A stretch of 64,000 nucleotides of DNA from assembly GCF_006345805.1 (NCBI RefSeq), contig NC_043006.1, positions 33,232,001 through 33,296,000 on the forward strand, read 5' to 3'. The translations under genes were made by a program, and so were the position numbers. Each line of letters starts with the position of its first letter. The stretch's first letter is position 1. The stretch comes from Octopus sinensis (taxonomy: Eukaryota). The notes below the pieces were generated by a model. That model had not been told where the DNA came from, made no database searches, and worked only from the letters and a program-made list of their open reading frames with translations. Shown here piece by piece: positions 37,699 to 50,442 of this stretch.

Positions 37699-37888
37699 AG
37701 GATATTTATAAAGATAAGGTTAGTCTTACAGCTGTTTCTGGGATATTAGGGATATCCCTTCATTAGAGACGATGTGAGATGGTTAAATATTTCCCTCTAT
37801 TTAACCATTTCACATCATCTCTGATGAAGGGATATCCCTAATATCCCAGAAACAGCTGTAAGACTAACTTTCTCTTTATAAATGTCCT
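37699..37888. mobile_element. Fold-back element (about 90 bp arms) whose arms are hammerhead copies
   Basis: AGGATATTTATAAAG...GGTTAAATA pairs with TATTTAACC...CTTTATAAATGTCCT. Confidence 0.9.
37817..37864 (+). ncRNA. Minimal type-I hammerhead ribozyme motif
   Basis: TCT CTGATGA A GGGATAT CCCTA ATATCCC A GAA ACAGCTGT A AGA: intact core, 7-bp helix II, palindromic helix III, GUA triplet, 3-bp helix I. Confidence 0.6.
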
Positions 37889-37917
37889 GAAAATTCCACA
37901 CACCCTCGGCTTTGTTG

Positions 37918-37979
<62 letters not shown>

Positions 37980-38053
37980 GTGTGTATATATATATATCTG
38001 TGTGTATTTAATTGTGCACCTGCGCGCGCATGTGTGTATGTATACACTTGTAT

Positions 38054-38263
38054 GTATGAGTTAAAGAAGAGGAAAAACAACTAATCAAGGTAGGTCTATG
38101 GCATTCAAATTCATTTAGTTTGAGAGACTTAAAACTAATACAATATTGGTAGAATTATCTATATCTATTAATTTCACCTATTTGTTAACTCTCTTAATTA
38201 AAACTAAACTAAATGAATTTAAATACCACTTGATTAATTGTTTTTCTCTTCTTTAACTCATAC
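38054..38263. repeat. Imperfect fold-back element
   Basis: GTATGAGTTAAAGAAGAGGAAAAACAACTAATCAAG pairs with CTTGATTAATTGTTTTTCTCTTCTTTAACTCATAC; the inner AAATTCATTTAGTTT/AAACTAAATGAATTT also pair. Confidence 0.85.
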
Positions 38264-38501
38264 CTACTGACACAAAGTTTAGCTACTGATTACCGATTCG
38301 CTCCCAACTGGACATTTGGGCGACCACAACTCCAGCCCCTGTTACAACTGGGATCCTTGTTTCTTTCTGTGTTCCTTTCTGTGGAAGAGCGTAGGCTCGA
38401 AACGTTAAAGACTTTTTCGCTTCCCGGACGTTATACTAATACATCTGTTTGTTGTCTACACCAACTGTCTTCGTCTTTTGCTTTTTTGTTTTGTGAATTC
38501 T

Positions 38502-38544
<43 letters not shown>

Positions 38545-38553
<9 letters not shown>

Positions 38554-38880
38554 TGACCCCCTTCGGTCAGACACTGACCATGGGTTTGCACCTAGAGAGT
38601 TACCCTCTAAGGCACAAGTCTGGGCAAGGCTGTTTTATGGAAGACCAGCAGTTGCCCATGCATACCGGCCTCCCCTCTCCACGTCACCGATGTTGTCCAA
38701 GGGAAAGGCAAGGGCCGATACAGCTTGGCACCTGTGACGTCGCAACTCATTTCTACAGCTGAGTGAACTGGAGCAACGTGAAATAAAGTGTCTTGCTCAA
38801 GAACACAACACGCAGCCCGGTCCGGGATTCGAGCTCACAACCTCACGATCGTAAGCTCGACGCTCTAACCACTGAGCCAC
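38545..38880 (-). mobile_element. tRNA-headed SINE (family 3 variant)
   Basis: Minus strand GTGGCTCAGTGGTTAGAGCG...GAGCTCGAATCCC, then TGTGTTCTTGAGCAAGACAC. Confidence 0.8.
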
Positions 38881-39751
38881 ATATACATACACACTGGAGT
38901 GGCTGTGTGGTAAGTAGCTTGCCTACCAGCCACATGGTTACGGGTTCAGTCCCACTGTGTGGCACCTTGGGCAGGTGTCTTTTACTATAGCCTGGGGCCC
39001 ACCAAAGCCTTGTGAGACGGAATTTGGTAGACGGGAACTGAAAGTAGCCCGTCATGTGTGTGTTGTGTGAGTGTATGTGTGTGCGTGCGTGTGTGTGAAT
39101 AAAGAATAAAGAACAGATTTACGTGAATAAAGAATAAAAGAATATATACATACTCGTAACTATCGATATATGTAGCTAATACAAAGGCAGAGCGGTTATG
39201 TAATTTCGTTATCTGCGCTGCAAATTATGTACAACTTTCGATTTAAATATTAAAAGAAATTTCATACACATTTCCATTTTTACAAAACGGAAAAGACGAT
39301 CTTGGAAATTTTGAAGAAAATGTATAAAATTTTCATTTATGCCAAAGATCGATTCCAAACCACCTTATCTATTTCCTATGCGCATAATTTTAATATGTTT
39401 TGTCTTATCTGGCCTATAAAGCTTACAAACCTACAATCTGAGAATTTCTAAGTTTGTTTTCTTTTTTTTTTTTTTCATAAAACCTTCTTTTCAACTTTGT
39501 AAATACGTTTTTCCTGCAAAACAATATCTTTAAGAACGTGTCGAAGAAATGTCCAATAGAAATTGGAATAATTTAAAGTGCCAAATTTTTCGTGGTTCAT
39601 TGTTCTTTTTTTTTTTGCTCAGGAGTGTATGTGCATTGTGTGTGTGTATGTGTGTGTGTGTGCATATGTGTGTGTGTGCCTGTGTGTGTGTGTGCATAAG
39701 TCTGTGTATATATGCAAATAGTTGAAGAAGTGCAACAAGGACGAGAAATAC

Positions 39752-39888
39752 CTGCAGTTGTCGCCATTATGTACAAGAGAAAAATAATGTTGGACATTAT
39801 TATTTCTTCTTCACAACATGTTTTAAGTAATCTTAGTTTGACTTCTTTAATTCTCAAATCATTGAATACACCGTCACATATATTTTTG
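39752..39888 (-). pseudogene. Candidate signal-peptide-encoding exon (intact in itself)
   Basis: Pyrimidine-rich tract then ACACAG|C acceptor and GCAG|GTATTT donor. ATG at 39797 gives MSNIIFLLYIMATTA+G (phase 1), matching the phase of the 34017 acceptor. Confidence 0.4.
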
Positions 39889-40838
39889 CTGTGTGTATAA
39901 TCAAAGAAGAAAAAATACAAAATAAGCGAGATGTAAGACAGATTGTTAGTTGTACGCAAATACAAAGACAGACATATTGAATTATTTTCTTGTTAGACAA
40001 TCAACGACTGTTATGTTTTCAGCTTCAGCTGTTTTCTAGAATATTCTTCATACATTGAACAAATATGAAAAAGAATAGATGGGAAAAAACAATAAAATAC
40101 TTTTACTCCAAAGACGAGCAAATTTAATAGGGACAGAACAAATAATGCATAAAAGTAACATCAATTTATTTATAATTGATTTCGTTGAAAAGTTTCTTTA
40201 CACTTTACTCCATTTCTATAGAGTTATCTATTGTAGGTTTGCTTTTCGCTTATGTATTAAAGAAATGCCACGGTTCGGTTGTTCACTATCGACAGCAAAT
40301 ATATTTAAAAGAAGACGTTTTTTTTTTTTAGATATTTCCAGGTCATCTCTGATCGGTCGGGCGTGTGATTGAAGAATTTCCATTCATGAATATTGCGTCT
40401 TATCACTTTATCGATCTTACTATCAAATGTTGTGCATCACTGGTCACAATGTGCTTCCTCGCACTGTTGCAGCTTTTCGAAAGATGCCATCCCCCTAGCC
40501 AGGCTGACATTCCCACATTCCATTTGAACGGAACGCTAGTCTGGTCACAGGGGGTCGCCTGTTTACGGCCAAGTGAACCGGAGCCACGTGAAAAGAAGTG
40601 TTTTGCTCAAGAACACGACTCACCACTTGTCTGAGAATCGAAACCACAATCTTGCGATCATGAGTATAACACACTAACCACTAGGCCACGTGCCTTCACA
40701 TTCCGCTTCATATTCAGGAATAATATGGTTCGGGTTACATTATCCAATATATTCTTTATAAAATGGTAGAGTGTGATATATGGAGAGGGCGCGGACGCGC
40801 CTGTGCTCGTATATAGACAGAGATAAAAAGGTACATGC

Positions 40839-40869
<31 letters not shown>

Positions 40870-40883
40870 CATACATACATACA

Positions 40884-40915
<32 letters not shown>

Positions 40916-40929
40916 CACACACACACACA

Positions 40930-41210
40930 CACACACAAATGTGAACAACTTCTTTTCAAAAACCGGCAAGAAGGATAATATCTATGGACAACTGATTCGA
41001 AACCCGCAACTCCCTGATTGTCAATTGACATTAATACCGATGATCGTTGGTGTGCTCAGTGATGTTAATAAATATTTAAGCCACAATCCGGAGAAGCCAG
41101 GGTTTTCAGGAAAAGAAAGAAACCGGCTTAAACGTACTTTATAGATACAATCTGTAAGTAGAACAATAAAAATATGCAAGACTTTCTTTAAGTTCTATAC
41201 GTAACAATCA
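40930..41210 (+). mobile_element. R4-like LINE 3' fragment
   Basis: KKDNIYGQLIRNPQL...LIPMIVGVL...KICKTFLKF; same family as 22490-22720. Confidence 0.75.
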
Positions 41211-41689
41211 TTGTTGGTGTTAGCCAAACTCCAATGATGAAGCTTTTGTTTCTTTGTTAAAAACCAAGAAAAATACTGATAAATAAAAAGAAGAACAGGA
41301 AGTACATAGGAGTTAGGGTTGTGTTGAAGGCAACGCATTCCGACCGATCTCGTCTGAACCAACACAATACTATGAAATATTTACAGCTACCTCGTTAGTT
41401 TATATGGTAACGATGAGACAAAGAAATTCAGACAAATCGCATCAAACAAACACATGTGAAAATATCTATTTAGTGATGGGATAGCCCTGTTTCTGCAAAC
41501 CGAACTCATTTCGTCAGCTAGAACAAACAAACGAGACAGCAGTAATTGCATGATACCGTTTTGTAAGTATACGTCAGTTATTTATTGGCGGCTTTCGGAA
41601 GAAACGACGACGAACAAAATAATTTTAAAAAATCATCTTGGTCTCTTTTATAGGAGAAATTTAAACCTGAACTCAACCGTGTAAAGAAA

Positions 41690-41920
41690 ATACTATAAGT
41701 GCTTAGTCGACGAGGCCTTTTTCAAGGGCTGGCATGTGGCCTCATTCCCCATTGAGGTCGGCTGCCGCGGCTTTCCAGCTAGATCAGTGCGCTATTTCCT
41801 GCAAAAGATAGATCTGGAACTCAGACAACTGAAGAAAGATATCAAGGAAATGAGGACGGCAGCTGAAACTGGTTTTTACAGAAAACGTATATGGAACCCT
41901 TCCGTAAGTGAAGACTAGCT
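41690..41920 (+). mobile_element. HERO/NeSL-like RLE LINE C-terminal fragment
   Basis: KGWHVASFPIEVGCRGFPARSVRYFLQKI...AAETGF...IW; P.EVGCRGF is typical of this endonuclease C-terminus. Confidence 0.75.
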
Positions 41921-43175
41921 CTGAGATCGCTGTTCCACTCAGGTGAAGCAAACAAGCGAAGGAACAAAATACTTGTGACCCTGAGATACCGGCTGATGAC
42001 ATTGAAGTGTTTCCATCATTGCAATGGATTTAGAAGGAGGGCTTGCAAAACCTCTGAGTGGGTCCTGCATGTGGCAAAGCATCTCTGATTTTTATTTCTC
42101 CAAAGAATCAAACACGAGTCGAACGCAATTCATTCTGACCTACGCAATTTGAGAAATTACCACAAAGTATTCAATAAATAATAAACAACGGGTTAACAAA
42201 AAAAGCTGTGACATTAATCTCCATGGTAAACAAGGGGCAGTTAAATAACTCAGAAAAATCACAAATAAACACGTGAAAATACCTTTACGTGTTCAAATAA
42301 AACTGCTGATTCTTTCGATCCTTTCTATTGATATATCTAAAGTAAATACAAAAAATACGAAACCTGATCGAGCGCACGAAGTGACTTCGTCATTTTTAAA
42401 GTACATTTTACAAAAATATTTCGTGTTATTTTGTTAATTTTGATTAATGCATTGGCAATAATTTCCATTATTGTTAAATTGATTTTTATGTATTTGTTGT
42501 TGCAATCAACAATTGGATTCCATTACACTTCAATTCAATGATGAAAAATGTAATTTCAATTGACACCAATCGGCTGTTTTTAATCAAAATATGTACGTAG
42601 AATATTTTTCATCGTAATAATACAATAATACAAATGTGTGAGAGTGTGTACGTTCGTTCACAAACCAAACTATTTTAGCTTTGATTGCAAAAAATATATC
42701 ACCGTTTATTATTATTATTTTTTTACATGTTAATAAAATTTTCTCTCAGGTATTTACTCATTTCTTGTTTCTATCAGAAACATTCGTTCCAATTATTTTT
42801 AAATTTCTGAAACAATTAATGCATCACAGTCATTTTAAAAAGAAATAAATTACCGATTAATTTGTTGGCAATTATAGGCACAGGCTTTCCAACAACATGG
42901 TTCCGGGTTCAGTCCCACCGCGTGACACCGTAAGCTCATGTCTTCTACTATAGCCTTGGGCCGACCAAACCGTTGTGAGTGGATTTGGTAAACGGAAATT
43001 GAAAGAATCCCGGTGTATATACGTGTGTATGTGTGTGTGTGTTTTAAGCCTGGTATTTATTATATCGCTTATTTGACCGAACCGCTAAGTTACGCAGATG
43101 TAAACAAACCAACACTGATTCACAAGCAGCGGGACGGGTGACAAACACAGACATAAAGTCACGTACACACACACA

Positions 43176-43226
<51 letters not shown>

Positions 43227-43249
43227 TTATATCTTGTTTCGAATTTGTG

Positions 43250-43655
43250 TGAATGTGAAAATGGATGGAAGCACTCCGTCGGTTACGACGACGAGGGTTC
43301 CGGTTCAACGGGTTCCGAATCAACGGAACAGCCTGCTCGTGAAATTAACGTTTAAGTGGCTGAGCACTCCACAGACACGTGTACCCTTAACGTAGTTCTC
43401 GGGGATATTCAGCGTGACACAGAGAGTGACAAGGCCGGCCCCTTGAAATACAGGTACAACAGAAACAGGAAGTAAGAGTGAGAGAAAGTTGTGGTGAAAG
43501 AGTACAGCAGGGATCACCACCACCCCCTGCCAGAGCCTCATGGAGCTTTAGGTGTTTTCGCTCAATAAACATTCACAACGCCCGGTCTGGGAATCGAAAC
43601 CGCGATCCTATGACTGCGAGTCGGCTGCCCTAACCACTGGGCCATTGCGCCTCCA
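43250..43655 (-). mobile_element. Full-length family-3 SINE
   Basis: GGAGGCGCAATGGCCCAGTGGTTAGGGCAG...GGTTTCGATTCCCAGACC head and CCCTCGTCGTCGTAACCGACGGAGTGC tail; plus-strand copy at 56338-56710. Confidence 0.85.
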
Positions 43656-44249
43656 CGAATGTGTAAATATCAGTTGACATTTAATCCGTTTGTCTGTTCT
43701 TGCTTGTCCTCTCTGTGTTTAGCCCCTTGTGGGTAGTAAAGAAATAAGTATTTCGCCAGTTGCTACCTTCTGAGTTCAAATTCTGCAGAGATCAACATTG
43801 CCTTTCATCCTTTCGGGGTCGATTAAATAAGTACCAGTTACGCACTGGAGTCGATATAATCGACTTAATCCGTTTGTCTGTCCTTGTTTGTCCTCTCTGT
43901 GTTTAGCCCCTTGTGGGTAGTAAAGAAATAGGTAGTAAAGAAATAGTAAAGTAATAGGTATAGTTAAAACATGGTCTTGTCTTCACGTCTTTTTCTCATC
44001 GTGTTTTAACATTAAATACACATTTTGTAATACTCATAAAGTTAAATTCACGCTTTCGGACATAATATAATCATCAGATTTCAAATGTGTTTAACTGACA
44101 GTTGAATTTTTGACTAAAGAACTAATTTAACTTCATGAATATTACAATATTACCATGAGTATTACAAAATGTGTGTGTGTGTATTTGTTAAAATACCATA
44201 ACAAAAGCCGTGAAAACCAGACCACGTTTTAACTTTGTTCAACTGATAT

Positions 44250-45180
44250 ATCTTCTTTATTACTCTAGGCACAAGACCCGAAATTTTGGGGCGGAGTGCC
44301 AGTCGATTAGATCGATCCCAGTACCTAACTGGTACTTAATTTATCGTCTCCCGAAAGGATGAAAGGCAAAGTCAACCTCGGCGGAATTTGAACTCAAAAT
44401 GTAAAGACAAACGAAATAGCTTTTCTGTTCTAGGCACAAGGTCCGAAATTTTGGGGGAAGGGACCAGTCGATTACATCGACCTCAGTGCGTAACTGGTAT
44501 TTAGTTTATCGAGCCCGAAAGGATGAAAAACAGAGATGACCTCGGCGGAATTTGAACTGAGAACGTAACGGCAGACGAAATACCTATTTCTTTACAACCC
44601 ACAAGGGGCTAAACACAGAGAGGACAAACAAGGACAGACAAACGGATTAAGTCGATTGTATCGATCTCAGTGCATAACTGGTACTTGTTTAATCGACCCC
44701 GAAAGGATGAAAGGTAAAGTCGACCTCAGCGGAATTTGAAATCGGAACGTAACGACAGACGAAATACCTATTTATTTACTACCCACAAGGGGCTAAACAC
44801 AGAGAGGACAAACAAGGACAGACATAGGTATTAAGTCGATTACATCGACTCCAGTGCGTAACTGGTACTTATTTAATCGACCCCGATGAAAGGCAAAGTC
44901 GACCTCGGCGGAATTTGAACTCACAACGTAACGACAGACGAAATACCTATTTCTTTACTACCCACAAGGGGCTAAACACAGAGGAGACAAACAAGGACAG
45001 ACAAACGGATTAAGTCGATTACATCAACCCCAGTGCGTAACTGGTACTTAATTTATCGACCCCGAAAGGATGAAAGGCAAAGTCGACCTTGGCGGAATTT
45101 GAACTCAGAACGTAACGGCAGACGAAATACCGCTAAGCATTTCACCCGACGCGCTTAACGCACTGCCAGCTCGCCGCCTT
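44250..45180 (-). mobile_element. Concatemeric family-1 SINE array (5 cores)
   Basis: Cores near 44353, 44518, 44701, 44885 and 45062; head ends GCCAGCTCGCCGCCTT at about 45179; two tail units at the left. Confidence 0.9.
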
Positions 45181-48100
45181 ATCAAAATAAAATATATCAG
45201 CAATCCCATAATTCCTTATTTGTCAGCTCAAATGTCTGGAATATCTATTTCGCTCTGTCGTAAGTTTTGAAATTTATTATCATTAACCATCATTTTGTAT
45301 GAAGAAATTTTCAAAAATTCTGATATCAGAAATATAATCAATATCTATAATCTATATTATATATCTAATTTCTGAAATAGCTAATTTAATCTTTCGTTAA
45401 TTTACCATTATCATTCCACGTGCACTATTACTTTCATACGAACTCTAGTATTTTCGAAATATTTGTTCAGATGACTGAAACGTGTGTTAGGGAATATATT
45501 TTGAAGTGAAATTAAAGTGTTCAGTTTTTTGGGGTTTTTTTTCAACTGAAAGTGTTTTTTTCTAAAAAATGAAACTTAAAAGTTACAAAAAATATAAGAG
45601 CAGAAAAAAGTCAAATCTCCAACAGACTCTTTTTCTTTTTTTTTTTACAACTTTGTCACAGTATTCCTCATTTTACTGCAGGAAATTTCTCTGAAAGACA
45701 TCTTTGCAGGAAGGTGAGTAGATTTATTACATATTTTTTTCATTATTTTATCGCCCAACAAATTCCTGTGAAATTTGGCTGTTATATCTAGCATGTAGAT
45801 AGCCTGTTTGAAGGCCGTAAAATCGGGAAGGGAGGGAGTTGAGGTAATTTTTTTTTTTTTTTTTTTGAAAAATGTTGAAATTTTACAAACAATATTTTTT
45901 TTCAGAATCATAATCTCCGTTTTTTTTTACGTGTTTCCTACCCCCAACCAAAAAAAAATTCTGGAAAATGAAAAATGGAGAAATAAGCGGGGTGTAAATT
46001 GAAATTTTGAAGTTGCGATTTTCGCCAATTTTTTTTCAGAATCTGAATCTCCATAGTCGAAAATGAGGGTTTCCGTTTAAAAAAAAATTAGGGTGCGGGA
46101 TACGTCTGCGGGATAATTATTTATTGCATGACCAACCTCAGAAGTCACCACACGCCACTGATATATCAAATTCACTCCTGAGCATTGATGAGCACAAGGC
46201 TATAGTTGAAGAGACAAGCCCTAGATGCAGCACAGTATTACTGAACCCACCCAAAATTCTATGGCTGCAAAGCGATCTTCTTAACCACACAGCTACAACT
46301 GCGCCAAAGTAATTATTATGTGCATATAATTATTATGAGCACGTAATTTTCCAAGGTTGTCTCGACAGTTAATGAAAAGCGACATCAAATTGATTTCTGG
46401 TTGAAAGAATAATTATTCGTTAACCCCCAAGTCAGCCTTGATCGAGCAGGCTTATGATCAAAGGTGTTCCAATCATGACTAACCCATTCGTTTTTATATC
46501 AGGGACAACATAATGAAGTGTATTCTTTGTTATTTAAAACGATATGGTATGATTTGATGGAAGCATTACTGCTATTTCGAGTAACCTCGCTGACGTAGTG
46601 CATGCGTGGCTGTGTGGTTAAGAAACGTGCTTCTCAACCATGTCGTCTTAGGTTCAGTCCTACCGTGTGGCATTCTTGACGTTATCCACCATAGCTGCGG
46701 GCCGACCAAAACTTGTGGGTGGATTTGCTTCACAGAAACTGAAAGAAGCCCGTTGTATGTGTGTGTGTGATTACCTCTTGACAATCAGTGCTGGTTTGTT
46801 TAGATCTCGTTACTTAGCGAGATCGATAGAGTAAGAACCAGGATTAAAAATAAAGGCTGGGATCAATTTGTTCTTCTTAACCTTTCAAGGCGGTGCTTCA
46901 GCGTGACCGCAATCCAAAAAACTGAAACCAGTCAAAGATAAAAGATTCGCCATCGCTATTCATAGTGTTTCAACGAGCAGAAAGGAAGTCGTTAAATCAA
47001 TATAACACTTTACTAGTTTAACGGTGTTGAAATAGAATCGATGTTGGAAATGATGAAATCTGCATCTCAAGTCGCCAGTTATTTTGGGTTGTTTTTTTTA
47101 ATCAAAAACCAGATAAAAATATATAAAGAAAATTAAAGTAAAAAACAAATGACGAGAGGAATTGAGATGTAATTCGAAAAAAAGCCAGCAAGAAAATGTC
47201 TTCGCCAATAACAGATTCAATTAGTCTTTAATGAAAGATTTATTTGGATCTGCACAAATGATGCAGTGAAAAAGAAATGTATTAATCTATCACAGTTAAT
47301 AATTGCTACTAAGATTGTTAGAGTAATTAAGTAAGGCGTGGCTGAATGTAAGAAATCTGCTTCCCAACCACATGGTTCCGGGTTCTGTCCCACTGCTTGG
47401 CATTTTGTAAGTGGATTTGGCAGACGGAAACTGAAAGAAACCTGTATTATACATATGTGTGTGTGTGTTTGTCCCCCACCACCGCTCGACAACCGATATT
47501 GGTGTGCTTACCTGCTCATAAACTAGTGGTTCGGCGAAAGATACCGATAAAATAAGTACTTGGCTTTAGAAAACGAAATAAGTACTGAGGTCGACTCATT
47601 CGATGAAATTTCTTCAAGGCGGTGCCCCAGCATGGCCACGGTCTAACGACTAAGAAAGGGGTAAGATATGAGTTCTTAGGTATTTGGTATGTGGTAACGT
47701 TGTTTTACTTATTTCAGTCACTGGACTACGGCCAAACTGGGGCGCTGCCTTAGAGTGTTTTAGTCGAATGGATCGAACCCAGTATTTATTGTATCGGTAG
47801 CTTTTGCTGTACCGCTAAGTTACGGACACGTAAACAAAACACTGGTTATCAAGCGGTGGTGGGGACAAAATATAGTTACAAAGACACACACACGACTGGC
47901 TTCCACACAGTTCCTTATATCTTTATTGCCCACAAGGGGCTAAACATAGAGGGGACAAACAAGGACAGACAAACGGATTAAGTCGATTACATCGACCCCA
48001 GTGCGTAACTGGTACTTATTTAATCGATCACGAAAGGATGAAAGGCAAACTCGACCTTGGCGGAATTTGAGCTCAGAACGTAGCGGCAGACGAAATACGG

Positions 48101-48714
48101 CTACGCATTTCGTCCGGCGTGCAAACGTTTCTGCAGCTCGCTTCCACACAGTTTCTGTCAACCAAATTCATTCACAAGACATTGGTCTGTCCGCACAATA
48201 GAACTGAACCGAAAGCCACGCGGTAGCAAAGCAAGATTATTAACCACACAACCATGCATTCGACTATGACTTGTGCCTGTTTTGTATTTACAAGGAAGAA
48301 TAAAAACAATAAAATGTGAATGGAGATTAATCGATGACCAAAAATCAAATCAATCTTATCCGTTTGAAGCAAACCAAGTAGATGTGTAATCAAAGATATT
48401 TCAGCCATGACCATTCCTACTTGCAAGGCACTTAGATCCACAATGTCTGTTTTAAGAGAATGTGGTGTGATTTAGGAGAAATTTGGTTGTTATTTCTAGC
48501 ATTACGAGCAACTTCCTTACAGATAACAGGAGGGGTTCGAAGAGTAGTGGTGACAACATTAGAACATCGGAGAATGTAAAAGAGAGACTTTGAACCAGAG
48601 AAACTGGAAATCCATTGTTGATATGGTTCGAGTATGAGGGGTCAGTTGATTAAGACTCCAACTTTAAGAAAGGAGCTCAAATATAAAGCTTGACCATGGC
48701 GCGCTTGATATTCT

Positions 48715-49180
48715 CTCATTCGTTCATTATTTACATTTGACGGATATTTATCCTCATCTTGCTTGTTTTTAACACAACGTTTCGGCTGATATGACCTCCA
48801 GCCTTCATCAGGTGTCTTGGGGAAATTTCGAACCTTTTTTTGCTTGTTTTTTTTTCTCTTTTTTAAGAAAGTTAGATGTTTGAAAGACGAGCTAATTTTT
48901 GATGGAGTTTATATGTCTCCATTGAAATCTAATGTCGGCTCCGTACCGATTAGATAATATAGTTCTATATTTAAGAGATGAGGAATTGTGTATATTATTT
49001 TCATTTGACGGATGTTCGTTCTCATCTTGTTTGTTGTTGAAATTTCCCCAAGACACCCGATGAAGGCTGGAAGGTATATCGGCCGAAACGTATTTAATAA
49101 CAAACAAGAAGAGGACAAATATCTGTCAAATGTAAATAATGTACATAATTCCTCAGCTCTTAAATATAGAACTGTACTCT
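48715..49180. mobile_element. Penelope-like terminal-repeat remnant: inverted copies with hammerhead motifs
   Basis: ACATTTGACGGATATTTATCCTCATCTTG recurs in direct and inverted form; 48960-49170 folds back around the plus-strand hammerhead copy. Confidence 0.7.
48771..48816 (-). ncRNA. Minimal type-I hammerhead ribozyme motif
   Basis: GACAC CTGATGA A GGCTG GAGGTCATAT CAGCC GAA ACGT T GTGTT: intact core, 5-bp helix II, palindromic ACGU helix III, GUU triplet, 5-bp helix I. The plus copy at 49052-49097 has CCGATGA. Confidence 0.7.
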
Positions 49181-50442
49181 CATTTGTTATATCTAACCAT
49201 GGATTCGATATAATGAATGAGAGTTTTGTGTTTTGGGGAGGAGCAATATTTATGCTTTGCGTGTCAGTGGAATGTGATTGGTAGGATCAAAGTTGAATTG
49301 AATTTTACCAGATCGATTCTTGCTCACTCGAGATATGTTCATGATCTTAAAGGAAAATGAATGTGTGGGGAGAGAAAAAGAGGACCCTTGGCCGATATGT
49401 TGCAGCCAACCAGTCGATCGATCTTTGTGTTTCCATTTATAATTCATGGACCACAGGTGAGACTCTTAAATATATTTGCTGACCGGGAATGGATACTAAT
49501 CAAAAACTGGAGCAGAAGTAGATACGAGATTATGCACAAGCTGGTAGGTCAACCGCTTGAAGCATTACACTTGGTTTCGGGTCTGGAAAGCAAGCAAACT
49601 TGCGCTGGAGAATCACACCAACTATTAACTTCTTGCAATCAATAACACAACCACAGAATGTGTAACCGGAAACAATGCGTTGACAAACTATTTCAGTCTG
49701 GGAACTGAAATCACGACCTGAATGCTCGTCATTAAGTCAATCCAGTACCAGAAAATAATGTCAAAAATGAGGCTTGCTAGATCTACTACAGTCTCTACCA
49801 TTACTGCAAAAGTTGTCTATCTGCATCATGGTTCTACTTAAGCAAATATTCGTTCTAATCTTTTCCACGGAGAAGTAAAACCGATTTGCAATTAATCAAA
49901 TAATATATTTCTAGAAGATATCACACGAGTGAAAGAGTTTTGATTTCCGGTTGTAATCAATTCGCATTATATATTTCATTATGGTTGGTCAGTAAGAACT
50001 TAAAGGTAAGACATTCCATTTTCTATTACGCTTTAAAATGATGAATTCAGATATACCGCATTAAGATCCAATACCATTCTTGACTGAGTAGTTTTTATTC
50101 AGATTCTGGTTTTATTTTTAAGCTGCCCTCTTTAGTAATAATACCACTACGAGTTCGCTCGCATTCTGCTACAGTTAGCAATCAAAATTCCGTGACATCA
50201 ACCCTACAGTAATAAAATAAGAACAGATCTGGATAATGTAGTAACAAGTTCTACATAATCTGTATTAATTATATTTCTAATTAACATACAGGGTGCACTA
50301 TTAATTGAAAAACGACAGAATCCTTGCAGCCGGCATGCCTTTGTTTATATAAACGTTTTTAGTTGTACAAACATTATTCAATAGATTTTGTTTTTAGATT
50401 TTACCATTTCTAAAATTTTGCTATTAATATATTTTTATGATA

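Noticed and set aside
44045-44085. Minus-strand CTGATGA...GAAAGCGT as another hammerhead
   Set aside because: Helix II does not pair and position 17 is G; at best a heavily decayed relic.
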